DNA from: an uncultured bacterium
GTDB taxonomy: Bacteria > Verrucomicrobiota > Verrucomicrobiia > Limisphaerales > J093
Assembly: GCA_963735925.1 (NCBI GenBank)
Contig: CAVTMT010000003.1
Location: forward strand, 1,767,463-1,831,462
Length of the DNA stretch: 64,000 nt
Direction of reading: 5' to 3'
Position numbers and translations under genes: made by a program. Within the stretch, counting starts at the first letter, position 1, and each line of letters opens with the position of its first letter. The notes under the pieces were generated by a model, which saw only the letters and a program-made list of their open reading frames with translations, did no database searches and had not been told where the DNA came from. Shown here piece by piece: positions 45,711-55,531 of the stretch.

Positions 45711-45856
45711 TCCCCGGCGGCCGCCGGCGACATTGGCCATTCGCCGGGCGCCCGACCGGATGGCAAGGCATCGGGGGAGACCGCGTTGGCGGGCCGAGAA
45801 TTCGCCGGACTTCGGGTTTGACGCTCCGGTGCTTCCGGGTTAGAGATGCGGAGTCA

Positions 45857-47017
45857 ATGTTCGAACAGGCTGCATATCTTTACCGATGGGGACTCGCCGG
45901 CCTCGCGCTCGCCGGGTTGGGGAGTCAGGGCCCCGCGGCTCTCGCCGGCGAAAAGGTCACGTTCTCCGATTCCGCCAGCAAGCCGAGTTTTCGCGACGAT
46001 GCCAAGCGCAACCCCGGACGCTCGGTCAGTTTCGATAATCCGTTCGAGAGTTTTGGCGCGCGCGGCAGCAGTTCGTTGCAGGGCGTGACCGCGCGTCCCT
46101 TTGCCCCAAGCTCCGCCGCGGCGCAGCCGGAAGCCGCCCCGCTCACCAAACGCGAGCTCGACCTCTTTAACGAGCGGCGCAACTGGATCTTGCAGGCCCC
46201 GGATGGGGGCCGGTTGGGGGAAACCGACGCCAACAAGGCCTTCGGTGTGGAGGGTTTTCAAAGCCGGCCTTCAGTCGGTGCAGGTTCCGGTTTGGACAGT
46301 CGCAAGGGTGACTTGGTGAATTATTACGAGCACCTCGAATCCACCTCCGGCACCGGTTCCGCCGCGCACTCGCCCGCAGCCCAGCGCAATGAGGCGAATC
46401 GATTCTCGGATTCCAATCTGCCGGCCGGCGACTCGGGCGGGGCCCCGGCCAATCCGTTCGCCGGTTCCAGCGGATTCTCAGCCCTCACTCCGTTGGGTGA
46501 CAGTCCGTATGGAAGAAGCCCGTTTGCGATTCCTCCGACGCGTACCGGGGAGCAGCCGAACAACTGGCTGCAGAACGCACTGCGTCAGATCACCCAGTCG
46601 ATCAGCAAGAAAGCCGCCAGCCAGCAGGATGCCGGCAATCTTGGCGGCGGCGCGCAACCCACCGACCTGAGCGGCATGGCAATGGTCTTGGGCCAACAAC
46701 CCATTTCCAGTCCGATCGCGGCCTCACCCATTACCTCGTTGGATCCGGTGTCGTCCTACCCGGACTCGACGCGCGAGGCCCTGAATCCGGTGGTGGGACA
46801 AACCACGACTCCCAAAGCCTCCCCGCTGGATCCGAACTTCGCGTCAGAGAAGATGGACAAGCAATTGCAGTTTCCGACCTCGGCCGCGCTGCAAGGTCTG
46901 GGCGCCAACACCTTCCTCGCTCCATCGCCCGCGAAGACGCTGGATTCCCCGTTGGTCGAGCGCCGCTCGCTCCAGTCCATCAAGGTCCAATTCGACCTGC
47001 CCAAGCGTTCGTTCTGA
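45857..47017 (+). CDS. low-complexity Ser/Gly/Pro/Ala-rich secreted protein
   Basis: Signal peptide MFEQAAYLYRWGLAGLALAGLGSQGPAALA, with the ATG confirmed at 45857. No domain is recognisable. Confidence 0.5.
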   Translation: MFEQAAYLYRWGLAGLALAGLGSQGPAALAGEKVTFSDSASKPSFRDDAKRNPGRSVSFDNPFESFGARGSSSLQGVTARPFAPSSAAAQPEAAPLTKRELDLFNERRNWILQAPDGGRLGETDANKAFGVEGFQSRPSVGAGSGLDSRKGDLVNYYEHLESTSGTGSAAHSPAAQRNEANRFSDSNLPAGDSGGAPANPFAGSSGFSALTPLGDSPYGRSPFAIPPTRTGEQPNNWLQNALRQITQSISKKAASQQDAGNLGGGAQPTDLSGMAMVLGQQPISSPIAASPITSLDPVSSYPDSTREALNPVVGQTTTPKASPLDPNFASEKMDKQLQFPTSAALQGLGANTFLAPSPAKTLDSPLVERRSLQSIKVQFDLPKRSF

Positions 47018-47111
47018 CCCCCCCCGAGGCGTTTCGCTCTTCCGCTTTCGCCCTTCCGCGCGGATTTCGAGAAGCATCCGTTCGCCGGATTATCCGCCGC
47101 GGTCCAAATGG

Positions 47112-47148
47112 AAAACGCCCGATCCCTCTTCGGGACCGGGCGTTTCTG
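47112..47148. terminator. bidirectional rho-independent terminator between convergent genes
   Basis: aaaaCGCCCGATCCC-tctt-GGGACCGGGCGttttct: an 11-bp stem with one mismatch, flanked by an A-run and a T-run. It lies between the stops at 47017 (+) and 47223 (-). Confidence 0.55.
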
Positions 47149-47222
47149 AAACGTTGTGAAACGGTTTCCTGCTGATTGTGGAAGCGAACGGAACTGAAAC
47201 CGGGCTCAGGGCGGATCCGCAG

Positions 47223-48071
47223 CTACTTCCAGGCAACGGCATATTGGAGTTTGACCAGATCCGGCGTGGTATCCACGCCGCCAATTTTGACCGCCGCATC
47301 GAGGTCCTGGTCCTTGTTGAGGAAGCGCCAACGCCAGATCTCGGCGTGCCCGTCGGCGAAGGCAAATTCGCATGCGTTGCCGTGACGGACCGTGGGCGAG
47401 TTCTGCCAGGTCAGCACCCCGGGCGCCTTCACGGCAAAGTAACCGTCGTCAATGGTGAGATAGCTTTCCTCCAGGAAGACGAACGCCTGGGTCGGCCCCG
47501 GCGCGTTGATGTCGGTCATCTTCTTGAACATCGGATAATTGTTGCCCAGCACCCACGTGGTGGAGGAAACCCCGAACCGGGAAGCGTCGCCGTCATCCGC
47601 GCCGCCCATGCGGCCGTTCATCGAATAGCTCCGGACCCGCGCTTTGCCCTTGAGCGCGCCCCGGATCGCGGTCGGAACCTGCACATCCACCGGGCACTTG
47701 TACACGTCCAGCGACGTGTTGTACGCGAACAGTTTGCCGTTCTGGATGTAAGCCACGTTCGTGGCGTCGGGCATCGCGCTGATGTTCCCGTTGATCCAGG
47801 AACCAGCATAGCCGAGCCAGTTCTTCGTCAGGCTATCCAAGTTGTCATCCGCGTACATGTGCCAGGAAAGCGCCAGTTGCTTCATGTTGTTCATGCAACG
47901 GACAGCGTTGGCCTTCGCTTTGGCCTTTGCCAGGGCCGGCAGCAGCATCCCCGCCAGGATGGCAATAATCGCGATCACGACCAGCAGTTCGATCAACGTG
48001 AAACCGCGAACGGCCGCGGACCGCACCCTGTGGTACAATGGTGCTTCTTCAGATGTGACAGGAGTTCTCAT
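47223..48071 (-). CDS. DUF1559 (H-X9-DG) protein with prepilin-type N-terminal cleavage/methylation domain
   Basis: [45 protein letters not shown] plus the C-terminal [17 protein letters not shown]. Confidence 0.85.
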   Translation of the reverse strand: MRTPVTSEEAPLYHRVRSAAVRGFTLIELLVVIAIIAILAGMLLPALAKAKAKANAVRCMNNMKQLALSWHMYADDNLDSLTKNWLGYAGSWINGNISAMPDATNVAYIQNGKLFAYNTSLDVYKCPVDVQVPTAIRGALKGKARVRSYSMNGRMGGADDGDASRFGVSSTTWVLGNNYPMFKKMTDINAPGPTQAFVFLEESYLTIDDGYFAVKAPGVLTWQNSPTVRHGNACEFAFADGHAEIWRWRFLNKDQDLDAAVKIGGVDTTPDLVKLQYAVAWK

Positions 48072-48174
48072 GGATTCGCTTGCCGCAAGGTATCCCGGAG
48101 CCGACGGGCGTCAATCATCCATTTCGCCGCACAGGGGCGCCCCCCCAGTGCGGCGGCGCAGCCGCCCCGAGGTT

Positions 48175-48474
48175 TCACTCGAAATCATAGACCACCACGC
48201 GCTCGCAGACCCGTTTGAAGACCTGCTCCACGAACTCGAGATGGAGCGGGTGCACCTGGTAGGCATCCTGCGTTTGCTTGTCCGGGAAGACGAGGTTGAG
48301 CGCCACCTGGTAGGTCTGATCCACCACCGCGCGACGGCTGCGGGTCATCCGACCCGCGTGGAAGTTGAGCACGCCGGGGATCGGCTTCAAGTAACGCTCC
48401 ATGCCGGCCAGCAAGTCGTCCGCGGCGTTCGCGAGACCCGGCTTGGTCCAGAAAATCACGATATGCGAAAACAC
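48175..48474 (-). CDS. Dabb-family stress-responsive dimeric alpha/beta-barrel protein
   Basis: MFSHIVIFWTKPG…YQVHPLHLEFVEQ. The length (99 aa) and pattern fit the Dabb family. Confidence 0.7.
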   Translation of the reverse strand: MFSHIVIFWTKPGLANAADDLLAGMERYLKPIPGVLNFHAGRMTRSRRAVVDQTYQVALNLVFPDKQTQDAYQVHPLHLEFVEQVFKRVCERVVVYDFE

Positions 48475-48562
48475 GGCCCCAGCTAAGGCGAAGGCCGGAT
48501 GGCCGGCAATGCGTTTCTCCGCGTTCCCGTGCGTTTCTACTCTCGGAACTGCTCCGCGAGGA

Positions 48563-49318
48563 TCAGCGGATCATTCGATCCAGCTGCGGATCGCCGACCG
48601 ACGGCCCACCTGCAGGCTCCGGCCCGGCTCCAACCGGCTCGGGCAAGGATGCAAGCAAGCCGCGGGCACGGTCGCGCAAGCCGGGATCGCTCTCGGCGCC
48701 GGCCAGTCCGGCCAACGTATCCCGCACCGCGGCGGCTTCCGGCGTGAACGCCTCCAAACATCGCCAGGCGAATTCGCGAACCGGCCCGCTTTCGTCGCGG
48801 AGCAGGCCGGCGCAAAGCCAGGCCAGAGCTCCAGGGTCCGTCGTTGCTTCCCGCGTCAGGCGCACAATCTCCGTCGCCGGGAGCCCGGCGTTGGCCAAAA
48901 CGCGAAACGCGAAGCCCCGGACCTCGACGGCCGGATCGGTCAACGCCCCGACCAGCACCACGGTTGCCGGGCCCAGATTCGTTCCCGCGGCGATCAGACT
49001 TTGATAAGCCTCCAGGCGCCGGCGCTCGACCGGTTCGCGTCCCGAGATCCGTTCCGCAAGTCGAGGCGACAGGTGCCCTGCCAGGTCCGCCGCGGAGGAC
49101 CGCAGGAAGGACGGCTGGGCGCGCAGTTGGCGGAGCCACCCGGCCACCTCGGACGAAACACCCGGCGGCGGCGCGGCCGGCCGGGCAAGCCAAAAGCCGA
49201 GCGCAGCCACGCCCGCCAAACCCAATGCCACCCACCGATCACGGCGCCAGGAGAAAGTCCGGCTGAGCGGGACGGGTAAAGCCGGCCTGGGCGATTCCCC
49301 GGTTCCTGGGTTGCTCAT
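48563..49318 (-). CDS. membrane-anchored HEAT/PBS-lyase-like repeat protein
   Basis: TM helix WVALGLAGVAALGFWLA followed by repeated …VR.FA.R.L… helical units. It starts 8 nt downstream of the GGT gene on the same strand. Confidence 0.55.
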   Translation of the reverse strand: MSNPGTGESPRPALPVPLSRTFSWRRDRWVALGLAGVAALGFWLARPAAPPPGVSSEVAGWLRQLRAQPSFLRSSAADLAGHLSPRLAERISGREPVERRRLEAYQSLIAAGTNLGPATVVLVGALTDPAVEVRGFAFRVLANAGLPATEIVRLTREATTDPGALAWLCAGLLRDESGPVREFAWRCLEAFTPEAAAVRDTLAGLAGAESDPGLRDRARGLLASLPEPVGAGPEPAGGPSVGDPQLDRMIR

Positions 49319-49328
49319 GGCGCGATCT

Positions 49329-51014
49329 TCACTTCACCGGTTCCGGCACGGCCGCGCCGTCCTTGCGGGGATCGGACGCGCCGAAGTTGATGCCCCGCGC
49401 GAAATCGCGCATCACCGCCTGGCCGCCGCCGACATCCTGCGCGAACGGAGCGATCACCTTCAAATCGTGTCCCTTCGCCGCCAAACCCACGCGCACGGCC
49501 GCCGGCACCCGCGACTCGATCTCCACGTCGGCGCCTTCAAAGGTCAGCTTGGTAAACCGCGGGGCTTCGAGCGCCGCCTGGAGGTTCAAGCCGAAGTCCA
49601 CCAGATCCGCCACGAATTGCGCGTGCGCCTGCGCCTGGTTCCAGCCGCCCATGATGCCGAACGCGATCCGCACGTCGCCCTTGGTCATGAAGCCGGGAAT
49701 GATGGTGTGCAACGGCCGCTTGTGCGGCGCCAAGGCATTCGGGTGGGCCGGGTCCAGGCTGAAGAGACCGCCGCGATTCTGCAGGCCGAAGCCGGTGCCG
49801 TCCGCCACCAGACCGGAGCCGAACCCGCCGTAGTTGCTTTGAATCAACGAGACCATGTTGCCCGCGCCATCCACCGCGCAGAGGTAGGTCGTGTCGGTGC
49901 CACCGGCCGGCGGTTGGCCGGGCGGCACGACACTGGCAGCCCGGTCCGGATCGATGAGCCGGGCGCGCTCGCGGGCATAGGCCTTCGACAAGATTCCGCC
50001 CACCGGCACCGCGGCAAAACGCGGGTCCGCGACGTACCGCAGCAGGTCTGCATAAGCGAGTTTCTTGGCCTCGATCAGAGTGTGCCAAGTCGCCGCCGAA
50101 TCACGACCCCAGTCAGCCAGCGGGAACCGTTCCATCAGGTTCAACATCGCCAGGGCGGCGATCCCCTGCCCTGGCGGCGGCATCTCATAAACACTCCAGC
50201 CGTGGTAAGTCGTCGAGATCGGCTCGACCCATTGCGGCCGAAAGTCGCGCAAATCAGCCGCCGTCCAGGTTCCGCCGTGCTTCCGCGAATTGGCCAGGAG
50301 CAATTGGGCGATGGCGCCTTCGTAGCAGGCCTTGCGACCGCCGCGGGCCACCTGGCGCAGGGCCCAGGCCAGGTCGCGATTGCGAAAAATCTCGCCCATC
50401 CGCGGTGCCCGACCGCCGGGCAGAAACGTCTTCGCCGCCGCGGGGTCGGCACTCATGAGCGGCTCGCTTGCCTTCCAGTATCCCGCCACGATTTCGCTCA
50501 CCGGAAACCCCTCGTCGGCGATCCGGATCGCGGGTGCCAGCAGGCGCGCGAGCGGCTTGCGACCGAACCTCGCCTGCAACGCGTCCCAGCCCGCCACCGC
50601 CCCCGGAATCGTGACCGAGTAGATCCCGCGTTGCGGCATGTTGGTCAATCCGTGACCGTGCAGGAAATCGATGGTCAGGCCGGACGGCGCCCAGCCACTC
50701 GAATTCAACCCGTACAGCTTGCCGGTCTTCGCCTCATAGACGATCGCGAACAGGTCGCCGCCCAGGCCGGAGGTCATCGGCGCCACCACCCCCATGACGG
50801 CGTTGGCCGCGATGGCCGCATCGACGGCATTGCCCCCTTCGGCCAACACCTGCGCGCCGGCCTGCGCGGCGAGCGGGTGTTCGCTCGCGACGATGCCGTG
50901 CCGGGAAATCACCATCGACCGGCCTTGAACCCGCTCGGCGGCCCGCCCCCAACCGGCGAGGCCAATCAGCAGCAGCATTCCCAGGCTCAAACGAATGGAC
51001 GGGTGGGCGTTCAT
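49329..51014 (-). CDS. ggt: gamma-glutamyltransferase
   Basis: Signal peptide, then …GGNAVDAAIAANAVMGVVAPMTSGLGGDLFA… and the catalytic TTYLCAVDGAGNMVSLIQSNYGGFGSG. The start MNAHPSIRL… is confirmed at 51014. Confidence 0.9.
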   Translation of the reverse strand: MNAHPSIRLSLGMLLLIGLAGWGRAAERVQGRSMVISRHGIVASEHPLAAQAGAQVLAEGGNAVDAAIAANAVMGVVAPMTSGLGGDLFAIVYEAKTGKLYGLNSSGWAPSGLTIDFLHGHGLTNMPQRGIYSVTIPGAVAGWDALQARFGRKPLARLLAPAIRIADEGFPVSEIVAGYWKASEPLMSADPAAAKTFLPGGRAPRMGEIFRNRDLAWALRQVARGGRKACYEGAIAQLLLANSRKHGGTWTAADLRDFRPQWVEPISTTYHGWSVYEMPPPGQGIAALAMLNLMERFPLADWGRDSAATWHTLIEAKKLAYADLLRYVADPRFAAVPVGGILSKAYARERARLIDPDRAASVVPPGQPPAGGTDTTYLCAVDGAGNMVSLIQSNYGGFGSGLVADGTGFGLQNRGGLFSLDPAHPNALAPHKRPLHTIIPGFMTKGDVRIAFGIMGGWNQAQAHAQFVADLVDFGLNLQAALEAPRFTKLTFEGADVEIESRVPAAVRVGLAAKGHDLKVIAPFAQDVGGGQAVMRDFARGINFGASDPRKDGAAVPEPVK

Positions 51015-51097
51015 GGTGCTGACAGTGTAAACCAGTCCGGCGGGTTTTTGCCAGTCTGCCGGTTGCTCGAGCGCCGGCGCCGACCGCGTGGCCGGAA

Positions 51098-51943
51098 CTA
51101 CGACGCCCGGCGATGCCAAATCCGGCCCATCTGGGCGATGCGTTCGGCCGGTGTGGGGTGGGAGCTGAAATACTGGCCGAGGGGCGTCTGGTCCTGGTGC
51201 AGGGCCTGGAGGCGCTGGAACAACCGGACACTCGCCAGCGGGTGATGCCCGGCCGCCTCGGCGAGCCGCGAGCCGAGTTCGTCCGCCTCAAATTCGCAAT
51301 CCTGCGAATAGGCGCTCGCCAGCATCTGCAGCCCGGTTCCCCGCAGCCAGGTGCCGAGCGGCCCGGCGCGGCCGGCGACTCGTGCCGCCAGATTCAATGC
51401 CGAGTCGTGCAACATCCGGTCCGCGGCGTGCCCGCGGATGACGTGCGCCATTTCGTGCCCGAGAACAAATGCCAACTCGTCCGGGTACCGATGGCACAAG
51501 TCCAGCAGCGGCAGGCTCACGAAGATGAAGCCGCCCGGTAGTGCCAGGGCCGTCGGTTCGGGCAGGACCACGACTTCCGCACTGAAGGCCAGCAGCGGGT
51601 TCCTGACCCGCGCACCCAGTTGCTGACAGAGGCCGCCGACCAACGCGGCGTCCGCCGGATTGCGGTGCGCCCCCGCCTTGGCCCGGAACTCCGTGGCGAG
51701 CGTCCGCCCCATGGATTTCTCGGCGCGAATGCGGTCGTCTTCCGAACCCAGGGCAGCGTTCCACCCCCAGCGGGCCTTTTGGACCGCGGGCATGGCGGCC
51801 CGGCCCAGGCCGCGTCCAAGATTGTAAAACCAATTGCTCACAAACGGGCGCGCTCGCAGGATCGTCCGGATCGCTCCGGCGCGTTCTGGCCTCACTATTC
51901 GGAGGCCGGCAGCGCGGGCCAAGCAAAATTCGCCACGCGCCAC
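51098..51943 (-). CDS. M48-family zinc metallopeptidase
   Basis: HEMAHVIRGH (HExxH) with …FEADELG… downstream. The start is uncertain, and an in-frame Met 50 codons downstream is an alternative. Confidence 0.7.
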   Translation of the reverse strand: MARGEFCLARAAGLRIVRPERAGAIRTILRARPFVSNWFYNLGRGLGRAAMPAVQKARWGWNAALGSEDDRIRAEKSMGRTLATEFRAKAGAHRNPADAALVGGLCQQLGARVRNPLLAFSAEVVVLPEPTALALPGGFIFVSLPLLDLCHRYPDELAFVLGHEMAHVIRGHAADRMLHDSALNLAARVAGRAGPLGTWLRGTGLQMLASAYSQDCEFEADELGSRLAEAAGHHPLASVRLFQRLQALHQDQTPLGQYFSSHPTPAERIAQMGRIWHRRAS

Positions 51944-52005
51944 TCCTCGTCGGCCGGCGCATAACGGCTTGCCTGCCCGACAAAATCCCCAGCATTCTCC
52001 CCGTC

Positions 52006-52698
52006 ATGCTTGAAGCGCTCAAACGGGAAGTCTGCGAAGCCAATCTCCAACTCGTCCGCGAAGGTCTCGTCATCCAGACCTTCGGCAACGTCAGCGGCGT
52101 GGACCGCGCGAGCGGTTGCCTGGTGATCAAACCTTCGGGCGTCGGCTACGACGGCCTGAAACCGGAGCAGATGGTGGTGCTCTCGCTCAAGACCGGCCAG
52201 GTGGTCGAGGGCACGTTCAATCCCAGCTCCGACACCCCCACGCACCTCGTGCTCTACCGAGCGTTCCCGGAGTTGGGCGGCATTGTCCACACTCACAGCG
52301 CGCAGGCCACCGCCTGGGCGCAAGCCCGCCGCGAAATCCCCCCGCTCGGCACCACGCACGCCGATTTCTTCGGCGGCGCGGTGCCCTGCACCCGCGCCTT
52401 GAAGCCGGCCGAAATCAAGGGGGAATACGAAGCCAACACCGGCAACGTGATCGTGGCCCGGTTCCGGGGCCTCGACCCGCTCACGCGGCCCGGCGTCCTG
52501 GTGGCCAGCCACGGACCGTTCGCCTGGGGACGCAGCGTCAAGGAAGCGGTGAAGCACGCCGTGGCACTGGAGTTCATCGCGCGGCTCGCGAGCGAGACGT
52601 ACCAAATCAACCCGGCGGCCAGGCCGATGCCTGCCGTCCTGCTGGAGAAACACTTTTCCCGCAAACACGGTCCGGGCGCGTACTATGGCCAACGGTGA
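52006..52698 (+). CDS. class II aldolase/adducin-family protein (L-ribulose-5-phosphate 4-epimerase-like)
   Basis: FGNVSGVDR, IKPSGVGYD, HTHS and GGAVPCT motifs. The ATG at 52006 was confirmed. Confidence 0.85.
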   Translation: MLEALKREVCEANLQLVREGLVIQTFGNVSGVDRASGCLVIKPSGVGYDGLKPEQMVVLSLKTGQVVEGTFNPSSDTPTHLVLYRAFPELGGIVHTHSAQATAWAQARREIPPLGTTHADFFGGAVPCTRALKPAEIKGEYEANTGNVIVARFRGLDPLTRPGVLVASHGPFAWGRSVKEAVKHAVALEFIARLASETYQINPAARPMPAVLLEKHFSRKHGPGAYYGQR

Positions 52699-54466
52699 TC
52701 CGATGCCGGGAACCCCGCCGCGACCAACCCCTGCGTGCCCGCCGCTCGTCGCGCGCGGCCGGCAAACCGTAAACCGCCGGGACTTTCTGCGAGCGACGGC
52801 CGCCACGCTGCCATTCCTGGCTTGCGGCGTGTCCGGGGGGAGTCCGGCCGAACCGGACGCCCGCGAACGGGCCGCCGACCTGGTCATCGTGGGCGGCGGC
52901 TTCGGGGGCTGCGCCGCGGCGCTCGCGGCCTGCCGGGCCGGACTGCGGGTCGTAATGACCGAGGAAACGGATTGGATCGGCGGCCAGGCCACCACCCAGG
53001 CGGTGCCGCCCGATGAACATCCGTGGATCGAATCCTTCGGTTGCACCCGCGCCTATCGCGCGTACCGCGACGCCATCCGCCGGTTCTACCGCGACCGCTA
53101 CCCGCTCACGCCCGAAGCGAGGGCGAATCCCCACTTCAACCCCGGCAACGGCTGGGTCTCACGCCTCTGCCACGAGCCGCGGATCAGCCTCTCGGTCTTG
53201 AACCAGTTCTTGGCGCCGCATGTCAGCGCCGGCCGATTGCGGCTGCTGCTCGAGCACAAGGTCGTGGCCGCCGAGGTTGACGGCGACCGCGTCCGGGCGG
53301 TGACGGTTCGCGATTTGAAGGGAGGGCAGAACCGCACGTTGCGGGCACCCTATTTCGTCGATGCGACCGAGCTGGGCGACTTGTTGCCGCTCACCCGGAC
53401 CGAGTACGTGGTGGGCGCTGAAGCGCAGGCGACCACCGGCGAACCGCATGCGACGGCCGAGGCGATACCGGGCGATCAGCAAGGGATCACCTTCTGCTTC
53501 GCGATGGACTACCTGCCGGACGAAGACCACACCATCCCAAAACCGGCCGGGTACGGTTTCTGGCAGGCGTATGTTCCGCGGATGACGCCGCCGTGGCCGG
53601 GCCGGCTGTTGAGTTGGCAGGTGGGCGACCCGGTTACAGAGAAGCCGCGGCGAATCGGATTCGATCCGACGTTGAAGCTTGCTGATCTCAACCTTTGGAC
53701 CTATCGCCGGATCGCCGATCCCGCCAACTACGCGCCGGGTGCGCTGCGGAGCGCGATCTCGCTGGTGAACTGGCCGCAGAACGACTACTGGGGCGGCCCC
53801 ATCGTCGAGGTGTCGGAGGCCGAGCAGTACCGCCACCTCGCCCAAGCCAAGCAACTCAGCCTCTCGTTGCTTTACTGGATGCAGACCGAGGCGCCGCGCC
53901 CGGACGGCGGTGTGGGCTGGAAAGGCCTTCGCCTGCGGCCGGATGTCGTGGGCACGGAAGATGGCCTGGCGAAATACCCGTACATCCGCGAGGCGCGACG
54001 GATTCGCGCCGAGTTCACGATGCGGGAACAGCACGTGGGCACCGACGCGCGGATGGCCCTCACCGGTCGATCGCGCGAAACGGTGACGGCCGAGCGGTTC
54101 GCCGACTCGGTGGGAGTAGGCGCCTACCGGATCGATCTTCACCCCAGTACGAGCGGGCGGAACTACGTCGATTTGAGCAGTCTCCCGTTCCAGATTCCGC
54201 TGGGCGCCTTGCTTCCCCAACGGGTCGAGAACCTCTTGCCCGCCGGCAAGAACATCGGCACCACGCACATCACCAACGGCTGCTTTCGCCTGCACCCGGT
54301 CGAATGGAACATCGGCGAAGCGGCGGGCGCGCTGGTAGCGTTCTGCAAGACGCACCAGACTCTGCCCCGCCAGGTGCGGAATGATCCCAAGCGCCTGGCC
54401 GATTTCCAAGAAGCCCTGCGCGGCCAGGGCTTCGAACTGGAATGGCCGGCAGTCCATCCGCTCTAA
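52685..54466 (+). CDS. FAD-dependent oxidoreductase (FAD_oxidored family), TAT-exported
   Basis: Twin-arginine signal NRRDFLRATAATLPFLACG and the dinucleotide-binding motif DLVIVGGGFGGCAAALAA. It overlaps the upstream gene by 14 nt, and the start could instead be Met7. Confidence 0.75.
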   Translation: MANGDPMPGTPPRPTPACPPLVARGRQTVNRRDFLRATAATLPFLACGVSGGSPAEPDARERAADLVIVGGGFGGCAAALAACRAGLRVVMTEETDWIGGQATTQAVPPDEHPWIESFGCTRAYRAYRDAIRRFYRDRYPLTPEARANPHFNPGNGWVSRLCHEPRISLSVLNQFLAPHVSAGRLRLLLEHKVVAAEVDGDRVRAVTVRDLKGGQNRTLRAPYFVDATELGDLLPLTRTEYVVGAEAQATTGEPHATAEAIPGDQQGITFCFAMDYLPDEDHTIPKPAGYGFWQAYVPRMTPPWPGRLLSWQVGDPVTEKPRRIGFDPTLKLADLNLWTYRRIADPANYAPGALRSAISLVNWPQNDYWGGPIVEVSEAEQYRHLAQAKQLSLSLLYWMQTEAPRPDGGVGWKGLRLRPDVVGTEDGLAKYPYIREARRIRAEFTMREQHVGTDARMALTGRSRETVTAERFADSVGVGAYRIDLHPSTSGRNYVDLSSLPFQIPLGALLPQRVENLLPAGKNIGTTHITNGCFRLHPVEWNIGEAAGALVAFCKTHQTLPRQVRNDPKRLADFQEALRGQGFELEWPAVHPL

Positions 54467-54505
54467 ACCGGGCACGCAACGAAGGCTGTGCGGACCGGCC
54501 GGCGG

Positions 54506-55528
54506 TCAGCGCCGGTTGCCCCCTTCGGGCACGACCGTCAGCGGTCCCAGACCCGGACTGTCCAGCAACTGGCGCCGGCTCCGCGTGGTGACGGCGTACT
54601 GGAACGACTGGCCGGCGGAGGCGGACCCGAAGCGGCCGTGCCGGTCCAAGGCCACGAAGCTCACACTCAGGGCCGTGCCTTTCGGATCCTGTCGGGCCAT
54701 TCGGCGCAAGGCCTCCATGCAAGCCGCAGCCGGATGCAAGCCCTGGCGCATCAACTCCACCACCAGAAACGAACCGCAGTAGCGCATGATGTTTTCGCCC
54801 AGACCGGTGGCCCCGGCGGCGCCGACCTCATTATCGACGTAAAGGCCGCTGCCGACGATGGGCGAATCGCCCACGCGCCCCGGCAATTTGCCCGCCCAAC
54901 CGCTGGTGGAGCAACCGCCGGCGATTTCGCCGCCCGCCGCCAGCACGAGCAGCGCGATGGTGTCGTGATTGTCCGCGGCCTTTTTGGTTTCGCCCGCCGC
55001 CTGCCTTTCCGCCATCCGCTTCCGATGCCAGGCCTCGTTGCGCGCGGCGGAATCGATCGGGACGGACTCGAGGCCCTCTTCGAGGGCGAACAACCGGGCG
55101 CCTTCGCCGGCCAGCATGACATGCGGCGTCCTTTCCATCACCCGCCTCGCGGCCGAGATCGGATGCCGGATGCCTTCGAGGGCCGCCACGCTGCCCGCCC
55201 GGTGGCCCGGACCGGCCATGATGCACGAGTCCAGTTGCACGACGCCCGCGGCGTTGGGCAGCCCGCTGAGACCGACCGACCGGTTGTCGGACGATTCCAC
55301 TGCGCGGATGCCTTGTTCGACGGCGTCGAGCGGCGACCCGCCGGCGAGGAGCGTCTTGAGCGCCTCATCGTTGGCGGCCTGGCCGAACGGCCAGGTGGAA
55401 ACGATCAGCGGTTGCTCGCCGGCGCCCGCATCCGTTGCCGATTCCGCGCCCCGGAGGGCGGTCCAGGTGGAGGTTCCGGCGGTGACGAGGGCGGTCCGCA
55501 TGACGAAGGTGCGTCGATTTGTCTTCAT
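54506..55528 (-). CDS. isoaspartyl peptidase/L-asparaginase (Ntn-hydrolase, plant-type asparaginase family), TAT/periplasmic
   Basis: NRRTFVMRTALVTAG signal, then …HDTIALLVL… and GTGLGENIMRY, the autoproteolytic Thr-nucleophile family pattern. Confidence 0.85.
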   Translation of the reverse strand: MKTNRRTFVMRTALVTAGTSTWTALRGAESATDAGAGEQPLIVSTWPFGQAANDEALKTLLAGGSPLDAVEQGIRAVESSDNRSVGLSGLPNAAGVVQLDSCIMAGPGHRAGSVAALEGIRHPISAARRVMERTPHVMLAGEGARLFALEEGLESVPIDSAARNEAWHRKRMAERQAAGETKKAADNHDTIALLVLAAGGEIAGGCSTSGWAGKLPGRVGDSPIVGSGLYVDNEVGAAGATGLGENIMRYCGSFLVVELMRQGLHPAAACMEALRRMARQDPKGTALSVSFVALDRHGRFGSASAGQSFQYAVTTRSRRQLLDSPGLGPLTVVPEGGNRR

Positions 55529-55531
55529 CGC

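Noticed and set aside
49311-51245. 644-aa plus-strand ORF over the GGT gene
   Set aside because: It is antisense to gamma-glutamyltransferase, which has the unambiguous catalytic TTYLCAVDGAGN motif on the minus strand.
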